From: Euprymna scolopes
Taxonomy: Eukaryota
DNA: 64,000 nt
Strand: one strand, 5' to 3'
Assembly: GCA_053919585.1 (NCBI GenBank)
Contig: CM132827.1
Shown piece after piece: positions 38,501 to 53,500 of this stretch (positions are counted from its first letter, which is position 1; the number at the start of each line of letters is the position of its first letter). The translations under genes and the position numbers were made by a program. The notes beneath the pieces were generated by a model that did not search any database, was not told the origin of the DNA, and saw nothing but the letters and a program-made list of their open reading frames with translations.

Positions 38501-41500
38501 TTATTTCTATCTCTCTACTAAAGTAATGTTGGATAATTATTTCTATCTCTCTACTAAAGTAATGTTGGATAATTATTTCTATCTCTCTACTAAAGTAATG
38601 TTGGATAATTATTTCTATCTCTCTACTAAAGTAATGTTGGATAATTATTTCTATCTCTCTACTAAAGTAATGTTGGATAATTATTTCTATCTCTCTACTA
38701 AAGTAATGTTGGATAATTATTTCTATCTCTCTACTAAAGTAATGTTGGATAATTATTTCTATCTCTCTACTAAAGTAATGTTGGATAATTATTTCTATCT
38801 CTCTACTAAAGTAATGTTGGATAATTATTTCTATCTCTCTACTAAAGTAATGTTGGATAATTATTTCTATCTCTCTACTAAAGTAATGTTGGATAATTAT
38901 TTCTATCTCTCTACTAAAGTAAGCGATGGATAATTATTTCTATCTCTCTACTAAAGTAATGTTGGATAATTATTTCTATCTCTCTACTAAAGTAATGTTG
39001 GATAATTATTTCTATCTCTCTACTAAAGTAATGTTGGATAATTATTTCTATCTCTCTACTAAAGTAATGTTGGATAATTATTTCTATCTCTCTACTAAAG
39101 TAATGTTGGATAATTATTTCTATCTCTCTACTAAAGTAATGTTGGATAATTATTTCTATCTCTCTACTAAAGTAATGTTGGATAATTATTTCTATCTCTC
39201 TACTAAAGTAATGTTGGATAATTATTTCTATCTCTCTACTAAAGTAATGTTGGATAATTATTTCTATCTCTCTACTAAAGTAATGTTGGATAATTATTTC
39301 TATCTCTCTACTAAAGTAATGTTGGATAATTATTTCTATCTCTCTACTAAAGTAATGTTGGATAATTATTTCTATCTCTCTACTAAAGTAATGTTGGATA
39401 ATTATTTCTATCTCTCTACTAAAGTAATGTTGGATAATTATTTCTATCTCTCTACTAAAGTAATGTTGGGTAATTATTTCTATCTCTCTACTAAAGTAAT
39501 GTTGGGTAATTATTTCTATCTCTCTACTAAAGTAATGTTGGATAATTATTTCTATCTCTCTACTAAAGTAATGTTGGGTAATTATTTCTATCTCTCTACT
39601 AAAGTAATGTTGGGTAATTATTTCTATCTCTCTACTAAAGTAATGTTGGGTAATTATTTCTATCTCTCTACTAAAGTAATGTTGGGTAATTATTTCTATC
39701 TCTCTACTAAAGTAATGTTGGATAATTATTTCTATCTCTCTACTAAAGTAATGTTGGATAATTATTTCTATCTCTCTACTAAAGTAATGTTGGATAATTA
39801 TTTCTATCTCTCTACTAAAGTAATGTTGGATAATTATTTCTATCTCTCTACTAAAGTAATGTTGGATAATTATTTCTATCTCTCTACTAAAGTAATGTTG
39901 GGTAATTATTTCTATCTCTCTACTAAAGTAATGTTGGATAATTATTTCTATCTCTCTACTAAAGTAATGTTGGATAATTATTTCTATCTCTCTACTAAAG
40001 TAATGTTGGATAATTATTTCTATCTCTCTACTAAAGTAATGTTGGATAATTATTTCTATCTCTCTACTAAAGTAATGTTGGATAATTATTTCTATCTCTC
40101 TACTAAAGTAATGTTGGATAATTATTTCTATCTCTCTACTAAAGTAATGTTGGGTAATTATTTCTATCTCTCTACTAAAGTAATGTTGGATAATTATTTC
40201 TATCTCTCTACTAAAGTAATGTTGGATAATTATTTCTATCTCTCTACTAAAGTAAGCGATGGATAATTATTTCTATCTCTCTACTAAAGTAATGTTGGAT
40301 AATTATTTCTATCTCTCTACTAAAGTAATGTTGGATAATTATTTCTATCTCTCTACTAAAGTAATGTTGGATAATTATTTCTATCTCTCTACTAAAGTAA
40401 TGTTGGATAATTATTTCTATCTCTCTACTAAAGTAATGTTGGATAATTATTTCTATCTCTCTACTAAAGTAATGTTGGATAATTATTTCTATCTCTCTAC
40501 TAAAGTAATGTTGGATAATTATTTCTATCTCTCTACTAAAGTAATGTTGGATAATTATTTCTATCTCTCTACTAAAGTAATGTTGGATAATTATTTCTAT
40601 CTCTCTACTAAAGTAATGTTGGATAATTATTTCTATCTCTCTACTAAAGTAATGTTGGATAATTATTTCTATCTCTCTACTAAAGTAATGTTGGATAATT
40701 ATTTCTATCTCTCTACTAAAGTAAGCGATGGATAATTATTTCTATCTCTCTACTAAAGTAATGTTGGATAATTATTTCTATCTCTCTACTAAAGTAATGT
40801 TGGATAATTATTTCTATCTCTCTACTAAAGTAATGTTGGATAATTATTTCTATCTCTCTACTAAAGTAATGTTGGATAATTATTTCTATCTCTCTACTAA
40901 AGTAATGTTGGATAATTATTTCTATCTCTCTACTAAAGTAATGTTGGATAATTATTTCTATCTCTCTACTAAAGTAATGTTGGATAATTATTTCTATCTC
41001 TCTACTAAAGTAATGTTGGATAATTATTTCTATCTCTCTACTAAAGTAATGTTGGATAATTATTTCTATCTCTCTACTAAAGTAATGTTGGATAATTATT
41101 TCTATCTCTCTACTAAAGTAATGTTGGATAATTATTTCTATCTCTCTACTAAAGTAATGTTGGATAATTATTTCTATCTCTCTACTAAAGTAATGTTGGA
41201 TAATTATTTCTATCTCTCTACTAAAGTAATGTTGGATAATTATTTCTATCTCTCTACTAAAGTAAGCGATGGATAATTATTTCTATCTCTCTACTAAAGT
41301 AATGTTGGATAATTATTTCTATCTCTCTACTAAAGTAATGTTGGATAATTATTTCTATCTCTCTACTAAAGTAATGTTGGATAATTATTTCTATCTCTCT
41401 ACTAAAGTAATGTTGGATAATTATTTCTATCTCTCTACTAAAGTAATGTTGGATAATTATTTCTATCTCTCTACTAAAGTAATGTTGGATAATTATTTCT

Positions 41501-44500
41501 ATCTCTCTACTAAAGTAATGTTGGATAATTATTTCTATCTCTCTACTAAAGTAATGTTGGGTAATTATTTCTATCTCTCTACTAAAGTAATGTTGGGTAA
41601 TTATTTCTATCTCTCTACTAAAGTAATGTTGGATAATTATTTCTATCTCTCTACTAAAGTAATGTTGGGTAATTATTTCTATCTCTCTACTAAAGTAATG
41701 TTGGGTAATTATTTCTATCTCTCTACTAAAGTAATGTTGGGTAATTATTTCTATCTCTCTACTAAAGTAATGTTGGGTAATTATTTCTATCTCTCTACTA
41801 AAGTAATGTTGGATAATTATTTCTATCTCTCTACTAAAGTAATGTTGGATAATTATTTCTATCTCTCTACTAAAGTAATGTTGGATAATTATTTCTATCT
41901 CTCTACTAAAGTAATGTTGGATAATTATTTCTATCTCTCTACTAAAGTAATGTTGGATAATTATTTCTATCTCTCTACTAAAGTAATGTTGGGTAATTAT
42001 TTCTATCTCTCTACTAAAGTAATGTTGGATAATTATTTCTATCTCTCTACTAAAGTAATGTTGGATAATTATTTCTATCTCTCTACTAAAGTAATGTTGG
42101 ATAATTATTTCTATCTCTCTACTAAAGTAATGTTGGATAATTATTTCTATCTCTCTACTAAAGTAATGTTGGATAATTATTTCTATCTCTCTACTAAAGT
42201 AATGTTGGATAATTATTTCTATCTCTCTACTAAAGTAATGTTGGGTAATTATTTCTATCTCTCTACTAAAGTAATGTTGGATAATTATTTCTATCTCTCT
42301 ACTAAAGTAATGTTGGATAATTATTTCTATCTCTCTACTAAAGTAAGCGATGGATAATTATTTCTATCTCTCTACTAAAGTAATGTTGGATAATTATTTC
42401 TATCTCTCTACTAAAGTAATGTTGGATAATTATTTCTATCTCTCTACTAAAGTAATGTTGGATAATTATTTCTATCTCTCTACTAAAGTAATGTTGGATA
42501 ATTATTTCTATCTCTCTACTAAAGTAATGTTGGATAATTATTTCTATCTCTCTACTAAAGTAATGTTGGATAATTATTTCTATCTCTCTACTAAAGTAAT
42601 GTTGGATAATTATTTCTATCTCTCTACTAAAGTAATGTTGGATAATTATTTCTATCTCTCTACTAAAGTAATGTTGGATAATTATTTCTATCTCTCTACT
42701 AAAGTAATGTTGGATAATTATTTCTATCTCTCTACTAAAGTAATGTTGGATAATTATTTCTATCTCTCTACTAAAGTAATGTTGGATAATTATTTCTATC
42801 TCTCTACTAAAGTAATGTTGGATAATTATTTCTATCTCTCTACTAAAGTAATGTTGGATAATTATTTCTATCTCTCTACTAAAGTAATGTTGGATAATTA
42901 TTTCTATCTCTCTACTAAAGTAAGCGATGGATAATTATTTCTATCTCTCTACTAAAGTAATGTTGGATAATTATTTCTATCTCTCTACTAAAGTAATGTT
43001 GGATAATTATTTCTATCTCTCTACTAAAGTAATGTTGGATAATTATTTCTATCTCTCTACTAAAGTAATGTTGGATAATTATTTCTATCTCTCTACTAAA
43101 GTAATGTTGGATAATTATTTCTATCTCTCTACTAAAGTAATGTTGGATAATTATTTCTATCTCTCTACTAAAGTAATGTTGGGTAATTATTTCTATCTCT
43201 CTACTAAAGTAATGTTGGGTAATTATTTCTATCTCTCTACTAAAGTAATGTTGGATAATTATTTCTATCTCTCTACTAAAGTAATGTTGGGTAATTATTT
43301 CTATCTCTCTACTAAAGTAATGTTGGGTAATTATTTCTATCTCTCTACTAAAGTAATGTTGGATAATTATTTCTATCTCTCTACTAAAGTAATGTTGGAT
43401 AATTATTTCTATCTCTCTACTAAAGTAATGTTGGATAATTATTTCTATCTCTCTACTAAAGTAATGTTGGATAATTATTTCTATCTCTCTACTAAAGTAA
43501 TGTTGGATAATTATTTCTATCTCTCTACTAAAGTAATGTTGGGTAATTATTTCTATCTCTCTACTAAAGTAATGTTGGATAATTATTTCTATCTCTCTAC
43601 TAAAGTAATGTTGGATAATTATTTCTATCTCTCTACTAAAGTAATGTTGGATAATTATTTCTATCTCTCTACTAAAGTAATGTTGGATAATTATTTCTAT
43701 CTCTCTACTAAAGTAATGTTGGATAATTATTTCTATCTCTCTACTAAAGTAATGTTGGATAATTATTTCTATCTCTCTACTAAAGTAATGTTGGGTAATT
43801 ATTTCTATCTCTCTACTAAAGTAATGTTGGATAATTATTTCTATCTCTCTACTAAAGTAATGTTGGATAATTATTTCTATCTCTCTACTAAAGTAAGCGA
43901 TGGATAATTATTTCTATCTCTCTACTAAAGTAATGTTGGATAATTATTTCTATCTCTCTACTAAAGTAATGTTGGATAATTATTTCTATCTCTCTACTAA
44001 AGTAATGTTGGATAATTATTTCTATCTCTCTACTAAAGTAATGTTGGATAATTATTTCTATCTCTCTACTAAAGTAATGTTGGATAATTATTTCTATCTC
44101 TCTACTAAAGTAATGTTGGATAATTATTTCTATCTCTCTACTAAAGTAATGTTGGATAATTATTTCTATCTCTCTACTAAAGTAATGTTGGATAATTATT
44201 TCTATCTCTCTACTAAAGTAATGTTGGATAATTATTTCTATCTCTCTACTAAAGTAATGTTGGATAATTATTTCTATCTCTCTACTAAAGTAATGTTGGA
44301 TAATTATTTCTATCTCTCTACTAAAGTAATGTTGGATAATTATTTCTATCTCTCTACTAAAGTAAGCGATGGATAATTATTTCTATCTCTCTACTAAAGT
44401 AATGTTGGATAATTATTTCTATCTCTCTACTAAAGTAATGTTGGATAATTATTTCTATCTCTCTACTAAAGTAATGTTGGATAATTATTTCTATCTCTCT

Positions 44501-47500
44501 ACTAAAGTAATGTTGGATAATTATTTCTATCTCTCTACTAAAGTAATGTTGGATAATTATTTCTATCTCTCTACTAAAGTAATGTTGGATAATTATTTCT
44601 ATCTCTCTACTAAAGTAATGTTGGATAATTATTTCTATCTCTCTACTAAAGTAATGTTGGATAATTATTTCCATCTCTCTACTAAAGTAATGTTGGATAA
44701 TTATTTCTATCTCTCTACTAAAGTAATGTTGGATAATTATTTCTATCTCTCTACTAAAGTAATGTTGGATAATTATTTCTATCTCTCTACTAAAGTAATG
44801 TTGGATAATTATTTCTATCTCTCTACTAAAGTAATGTTGGATAATTATTTCTATCTCTCTACTAAAGTAATGTTGGATAATTATTTCTATCTCTCTACTA
44901 AAGTAAGCGATGGATAATTATTTCTATCTCTCTACTAAAGTAATGTTGGATAATTATTTCTATCTCTCTACTAAAGTAATGTTGGATAATTATTTCTATC
45001 TCTCTACTAAAGTAATGTTGGATAATTATTTCTATCTCTCTACTAAAGTAATGTTGGATAATTATTTCTATCTCTCTACTAAAGTAATGTTGGATAATTA
45101 TTTCTATCTCTCTACTAAAGTAATGTTGGATAATTATTTCTATCTCTCTACTAAAGTAATGTTGGATAATTATTTCTATCTCTCTACTAAAGTAATGTTG
45201 GGTAATTATTTCTATCTCTCTACTAAAGTAATGTTGGGTAATTATTTCTATCTCTCTACTAAAGTAATGTTGGATAATTATTTCTATCTCTCTACTAAAG
45301 TAATGTTGGGTAATTATTTCTATCTCTCTACTAAAGTAATGTTGGGTAATTATTTCTATCTCTCTACTAAAGTAATGTTGGGTAATTATTTCTATCTCTC
45401 TACTAAAGTAATGTTGGGTAATTATTTCTATCTCTCTACTAAAGTAATGTTGGATAATTATTTCTATCTCTCTACTAAAGTAATGTTGGATAATTATTTC
45501 TATCTCTCTACTAAAGTAATGTTGGATAATTATTTCTATCTCTCTACTAAAGTAATGTTGGATAATTATTTCTATCTCTCTACTAAAGTAATGTTGGATA
45601 ATTATTTCTATCTCTCTACTAAAGTAATGTTGGGTAATTATTTCTATCTCTCTACTAAAGTAATGTTGGATAATTATTTCTATCTCTCTACTAAAGTAAT
45701 GTTGGATAATTATTTCTATCTCTCTACTAAAGTAATGTTGGATAATTATTTCTATCTCTCTACTAAAGTAATGTTGGATAATTATTTCTATCTCTCTACT
45801 AAAGTAATGTTGGATAATTATTTCTATCTCTCTACTAAAGTAATGTTGGATAATTATTTCTATCTCTCTACTAAAGTAATGTTGGGTAATTATTTCTATC
45901 TCTCTACTAAAGTAATGTTGGATAATTATTTCTATCTCTCTACTAAAGTAATGTTGGATAATTATTTCTATCTCTCTACTAAAGTAAGCGATGGATAATT
46001 ATTTCTATCTCTCTACTAAAGTAATGTTGGATAATTATTTCTATCTCTCTACTAAAGTAATGTTGGATAATTATTTCTATCTCTCTACTAAAGTAATGTT
46101 GGATAATTATTTCTATCTCTCTACTAAAGTAATGTTGGATAATTATTTCTATCTCTCTACTAAAGTAATGTTGGATAATTATTTCTATCTCTCTACTAAA
46201 GTAATGTTGGATAATTATTTCTATCTCTCTACTAAAGTAATGTTGGGTAATTATTTCTATCTCTCTACTAAAGTAATGTTGGGTAATTATTTCTATCTCT
46301 CTACTAAAGTAATGTTGGATAATTATTTCTATCTCTCTACTAAAGTAATGTTGGGTAATTATTTCTATCTCTCTACTAAAGTAATGTTGGGTAATTATTT
46401 CTATCTCTCTACTAAAGTAATGTTGGGTAATTATTTCTATCTCTCTACTAAAGTAATGTTGGATAATTATTTCTATCTCTCTACTAAAGTAATGTTGGAT
46501 AATTATTTCTATCTCTCTACTAAAGTAAGCGATGGATAATTATTTCTATCTCTCTACTAAAGTAATGTTGGATAATTATTTCTATCTCTCTACTAAAGTA
46601 ATGTTGGATAATTATTTCTATCTCTCTACTAAAGTAATGTTGGATAATTATTTCTATCTCTCTACTAAAGTAATGTTGGGTAATTATTTCTATCTCTCTA
46701 CTAAAGTAATGTTGGGTAATTATTTCTATCTCTCTACTAAAGTAATGTTGGATAATTATTTCTATCTCTCTACTAAAGTAATGTTGGATAATTATTTCTA
46801 TCTCTCTACTAAAGTAATGTAGGATAATTATTTCTATCTCTCTACTAAAGTAATGTTGGATAATTATTTCTATCTCTCTACTAAAGTAATGTTGGATAAT
46901 TATTTCTATCTCTCTACTAAAGTAATGTTGGATAATTATTTCTATCTCTCTACTAAAGTAATGTTGGATAATTATTTCTATCTCTCTACTAAAGTAATGT
47001 TGGATAATTATTTCTATCTCTCTACTAAAGTAATGTTGGATAATTATTTCTATCTCTCTACTAAAGTAATGTTGGATAATTATTTCTATCTCTCTACTAA
47101 AGTAATGTTGGATAATTATTTCTATCTCTCTACTAAAGTAATGTTGGATAATTATTTCTATCTCTCTACTAAAGTAATGTTGGATAATTATTTCTATCTC
47201 TCTACTAAAGTAATGTTGGATAATTATTTCTATCTCTCTACTAAAGTAATGTTGGATAATTATTTCTATCTCTCTACTAAAGTAATGTTGGATAATTATT
47301 TCTATCTCTCTACTAAAGTAATGTTGGATAATTATTTCTATCTCTCTACTAAAGTAATGTTGGATAATTATTTCTATCTCTCTACTAAAGTAATGTTGGA
47401 TAATTATTTCTATCTCTCTACTAAAGTAATGTTGGATAATTATTTCTATCTCTCTACTAAAGTAATGTTGGATAATTATTTCTATCTCTCTACTAAAGTA

Positions 47501-50500
47501 ATGTTGGGTAATTATTTCTATCTCTCTACTAAAGTAATGTTGGATAATTATTTCTATCTCTCTACTAAAGTAATGTTGGATAATTATTTCTATCTCTCTA
47601 CTAAAGTAATGTTGGGTAATTATTTCTATCTCTCTACTAAAGTAATGTTGGATAATTATTTCTATCTCTCTACTAAAGTAATGTTGGATAATTATTTCTA
47701 TCTCTCTACTAAAGTAATGTTGGATAATTATTTCTATCTCTCTACTAAAGTAATGTTGGGTAATTATTTCTATCTCTCTACTAAAGTAATGTTGGGTAAT
47801 TCTTTCTATCTCTCTACTAAAGTAATGTTGGATAATTATTTTTATCTCTCTACTAAAGTAATGTTGGATAATTATTTCTATCTCTCTACTAAAGTAATGT
47901 TGGATAATTATTTCTATCTCTCTACTAAAGTAATGTTGGATAATTATTTCTATCTCTCTACTAAAGTAATGTTGGATAATTATTTCTATCTCTCTACTAA
48001 AGTAATGTTGGATAATTATTTCTATCTCTCTACTAAAGTAATGTTGGATAATTATTTCTATCTCTCTACTAAAGTAATGTTGGATAATTATTTCTATCTC
48101 TCTACTAAAGTAATGTTGGATAATTATTTCTATCTCTCTACTAAAGTAATGTTGGATAATTATTTCTATCTCTCTACTAAAGTAATGTTGGATAATTATT
48201 TCTATCTCTCTACTAAAGTAATGTTGGATAATTATTTCTATCTCTCTACTAAAGTAAGCGATGGATAATTATTTCTATCTCTCTACTAAAGTAATGTTGG
48301 ATAATTATTTCTATCTCTCTACTAAAGTAATGTTGGATAATTATTTCTATCTCTCTACTAAAGTAATGTTGGATAATTATTTCTATCTCTCTACTAAAGT
48401 AAAGTTGGATAATTATTTCTATCTCTCTACTAAAGTAATGTTGGATAATTATTTCTATCTCTCTACTAAAGTAATGTTGGATAATTATTTCTATCTCTCT
48501 ACTAAAGTAAGCGATGGATAATTATTTCTATCTCTCTACTAAAGTAATGTTGGATAATTATTTCTATCTCTCTACTAAAGTAATGTTGGATAATTATTTC
48601 TATCTCTCTACTAAAGTAATGTTGGATAATTATTTCTATCTCTCTACTAAAGTAATGTTGGATAATTATTTCTATCTCTCTACTAAAGTAATGTTGGATA
48701 ATTATTTCTATCTCTCTACTAAAGTAATGTTGGATAATTATTTCTATCTCTCTACTAAAGTAATGTTGGATAATTATTTCTATCTCTCTACTAAAGTAAT
48801 GTTGGGTAATTATTTCTATCTCTCTACTAAAGTAATGTTGGGTAATTATTTCTATCTCTCTACTAAAGTAATGTTGGATAATTATTTCTATCTCTCTACT
48901 AAAGTAATGTTGGGTAATTATTTCTATCTCTCTACTAAAGTAATGTTGGGTAATTATTTCTATCTCTCTACTAAAGTAATGTTGGGTAATTATTTCTATC
49001 TCTCTACTAAAGTAATGTTGGGTAATTATTTCTATCTCTCTACTAAAGTAATGTTGGATAATTATTTCTATCTCTCTACTAAAGTAATGTTGGATAATTA
49101 TTTCTATCTCTCTACTAAAGTAATGTTGGATAATTATTTCTATCTCTCTACTAAAGTAATGTTGGATAATTATTTCTATCTCTCTACTAAAGTAATGTTG
49201 GATAATTATTTCTATCTCTCTACTAAAGTAATGTTGGGTAATTATTTCTATCTCTCTACTAAAGTAATGTTGGATAATAATTTCTATCTCTCTACTAAAG
49301 TAATGTTGGATAATTATTTCTATCTCTCTACTAAAGTAATGTTGGATAATTATTTCTATCTCTCTACTAAAGTAATGTTGGATAATTATTTCTATCTCTC
49401 TACTAAAGTAATGTTGGATAATTATTTCTATCTCTCTACTAAAGTAATGTTGGATAATTATTTCTATCTCTCTACTAAAGTAATGTTGGGTAATTATTTC
49501 TATCTCTCTACTAAAGTAATGTTGGATAATTATTTCTATCTCTCTACTAAAGTAATGTTGGATAATTATTTCTATCTCTCTACTAAAGTAAGCGATGGAT
49601 AATTATTTCTATCTCTCTACTAAAGTAATGTTGGATAATTATTTCTATCTCTCTACTAAAGTAATGTTGGATAATTATTTCTATCTCTCTACTAAAGTAA
49701 TGTTGGATAATTATTTCTATCTCTCTACTAAAGTAATGTTGGATAATTATTTCTATCTCTCTACTAAAGTAATGTTGGATAATTATTTCTATCTCTCTAC
49801 TAAAGTAATGTTGGATAATTATTTCTATCTCTCTACTAAAGTAATGTTGGATAATTATTTCTATCTCTCTACTAAAGTAATGTTGGATAATTATTTCTAT
49901 CTCTCTACTAAAGTAATGTTGGATAATTATTTCTATCTCTCTACTAAAGTAATGTTGGATAATTATTTCTATCTCTCTACTAAAGTAATGTTGGATAATT
50001 ATTTCTATCTCTCTACTAAAGTAAGCGATGGATAATTATTTCTATCTCTCTACTAAAGTAATGTTGGATAATTATTTCTATCTCTCTACTAAAGTAATGT
50101 TGGATAATTATTTCTATCTCTCTACTAAAGTAATGTTGGATAATTATTTCTATCTCTCTACTAAAGTAATGTTGGATAATTATTTCTATCTCTCTACTAA
50201 AGTAATGTTGGATAATTATTTCTATCTCTCTACTAAAGTAATGTTGGATAATTATTTCTATCTCTCTACTAAAGTAATGTTGGATAATTATTTCTATCTC
50301 TCTACTAAAGTAATGTTGGATAATTATTTCTATCTCTCTACTAAAGTAATGTTGGATAATTATTTCTATCTCTCTACTAAAGTAATGTTGGATAATTATT
50401 TCTATCTCTCTACTAAAGTAATGTTGGATAATTATTTCTATCTCTCTACTAAAGTAATGTTGGATAATTATTTCTATCTCTCTACTAAAGTAATGTTGGA

Positions 50501-53500
50501 TAATTATTTCTATCTCTCTACTAAAGTAATGTTGGATAATTATTTCTATCTCTCTACTAAAGTAAGCGATGGATAATTATTTCTATCTCTCTACTAAAGT
50601 AATGTTGGATAATTATTTCTATCTCTCTACTAAAGTAATGTTGGATAATTATTTCTATCTCTCTACTAAAGTAATGTTGGATAATTATTTCTATCTCTCT
50701 ACTAAAGTAATGTTGGATAATTATTTCTATCTCTCTACTAAAGTAATGTTGGATAATTATTTCTATCTCTCTACTAAAGTAATGTTGGATAATTATTTCT
50801 ATCTCTCTACTAAAGTAATGTTGGATAATTATTTCTATCTCTCTACTAAAGTAATGTTGCGTAATTATTTCTATCTCTCTACTAAAGTAATGTTGGGTAA
50901 TTATTTCTATCTCTCTACTAAAGTAATGTTGGATAATTATTTCTATCTCTCTACTAAAGTAATGTTGGGTAATTATTTCTATCTCTCTACTAAAGTAATG
51001 TTGGGTAATTATTTCTATCTCTCTACTAAAGTAATGTTGGGTAATTATTTCTATCTCTCTACTAAAGTAATGTTGGGTAATTATTTCTATCTCTCTACTA
51101 AAGTAATGTTGGATAATTATTTCTATCTCTCTACTAAAGTAATGTTGGATAATTATTTCTATCTCTCTACTAAAGTAATGTTGGATAATTATTTCTATCT
51201 CTCTACTAAAGTAATGTTGGATAATTATTTCTATCTCTCTACTAAAGTAATGTTGGATAATTATTTCTATCTCTCTACTAAAGTAATGTTGGGTAATTAT
51301 TTCTATCTCTCTACTAAAGTAATGTTGGATAATTATTTCTATCTCTCTACTAAAGTAATGTTGGATAATTATTTCTATCTCTCTACTAAAGTAATGTTGG
51401 ATAATTATTTCTATCTCTCTACTAAAGTAATGTTGGATAATTATTTCTATCTCTCTACTAAAGTAATGTTGGATAATTATTTCTATCTCTCTACTAAAGT
51501 AATGTTGGGTAATTATTTCTATCTCTCTACTAAAGTAATGTTGGATAATTATTTCTATCTCTCTACTAAAGTAATGTTGGATAATTATTTCTATCTCTCT
51601 ACTAAAGTAAGCGATGGATAATTATTTCTATCTCTCTACTAAAGTAATGTTGGATAATTATTTCTATCTCTCTACTAAAGTAATGTTGGATAATTATTTC
51701 TATCTCTCTACTAAAGTAATGTTGGATAATTATTTCTATCTCTCTACTAAAGTAATGTTGGATAATTATTTCTATCTCTCTACTAAAGTAATGTTGGATA
51801 ATTATTTCTATCTCTCTACTAAAGTAATGTTGGATAATTATTTCTATCTCTCTACTAAAGTAATGTTGGATAATTATTTCTATCTCTCTACTAAAGTAAT
51901 GTTGGATAATTATTTCTATCTCTCTACTAAAGTAATGTTGGATAATTATTTCTATCTCTCTACTAAAGTAATGTTGGATAATTATTTCTATCTCTCTACT
52001 AAAGTAATGTTGGATAATTATTTCTATCTCTCTACTAAAGTAATGTTGGATAATTATTTCTATCTCTCTACTAAAGTAATGTTGGATAATTATTTCTATC
52101 TCTCTACTAAAGTAATGTTGGATAATTATTTCTATCTCTCTACTAAAGTAATGTTGGATAATTATTTCTATCTCTCTACTAAAGTAAGCGATGGATAATT
52201 ATTTCTATCTCTCTACTAAAGTAATGTTGGATAATTATTTCTATCTCTCTACTAAAGTAATGTTGGATAATTATTTCTATCTCTCGACTAAAGTAATGTT
52301 GGATAATTATTTCTATCTCTCTACTAAAGTAATGTTGGATAATTATTTCTATCTCTCTACTAAAGTAATGTTGGATAATTATTTCTATCTCTCTACTAAA
52401 GTAATGTTGGATAATTATTTCTATCTCTCTACTAAAGTAATGTTGGATAATTATTTCTATCTCTCTACTAAAGTAATGTTGGATAATTATTTCTATCTCT
52501 CTACTAAAGTAATGTTGGATAATTATTTCTATCTCTCTACTAAAGTAATGTTGGATAATTATTTCTATCTCTCTACTAAAGTAATGTTGGATAATTATTT
52601 CTATCTCTCTACTAAAGTAATGTTGGATAATTATTTCTATCTCTCTACTAAAGTAATGTTGGATAATTATTTCTATCTCTCTACTAAAGTAATGTTGGAT
52701 AATTATTTCTATCTCTCTACTAAAGTAATGTTGGATAATTATTTCTATCTCTCTACTAAAGTAATGTTGGATAATTATTTCTATCTCTCTACTAAAGTAA
52801 TGTTGGATAATTATTTCTATCTCTCTACTAAAGTAAGCGATGGATAATTATTTCTATCTCTCTACTATAGTAATGTTGGATAATTATTTCTATCTCTCTA
52901 CTAAAGTAATGTTGGATAATTATTTCTATCTCTCTACTAAAGTAATGTTGGATAATTATTTCTATCTCTCTACTAAAGTAATGTTGGATAATTATTTCTA
53001 TCTCTCTACTAAAGTAATGTTGGATAATTATTTCTATCTCTCTACTAAAGTAATGTTGGATAATTATTTCTATCTCTCTACTAAAGTAATGTTGGATAAT
53101 TATTTCTATCTCTCTACTAAAGTAATGTTGGGTAATTATTTCTATCTCTCTACTAAAGTAATGTTGGGTAATTATTTCTATCTCTCTACTAAAGTAATGT
53201 TGGATAATTATTTCTATCTCTCTACTAAAGTAATGTTGGGTAATTATTTCTATCTCTCTACTAAAGTAATGTTGGGTAATTATTTCTATCTCTCTACTAA
53301 AGTAATGTTGGGTAATTATTTCTATCTCTCTACTTAAGTAATGTTGGATAATTATTTCTATCTCTCTACTAAAGTAATGTTGGATAATTATTTCTATCTC
53401 TCTACTAAAGTAATGTTGGATAATTATTTCTATCTCTCTACTAAAGTAATGTTGGATAATTATTTCTATCTCTCGACTAAAGTAATGTTGGATAATTATT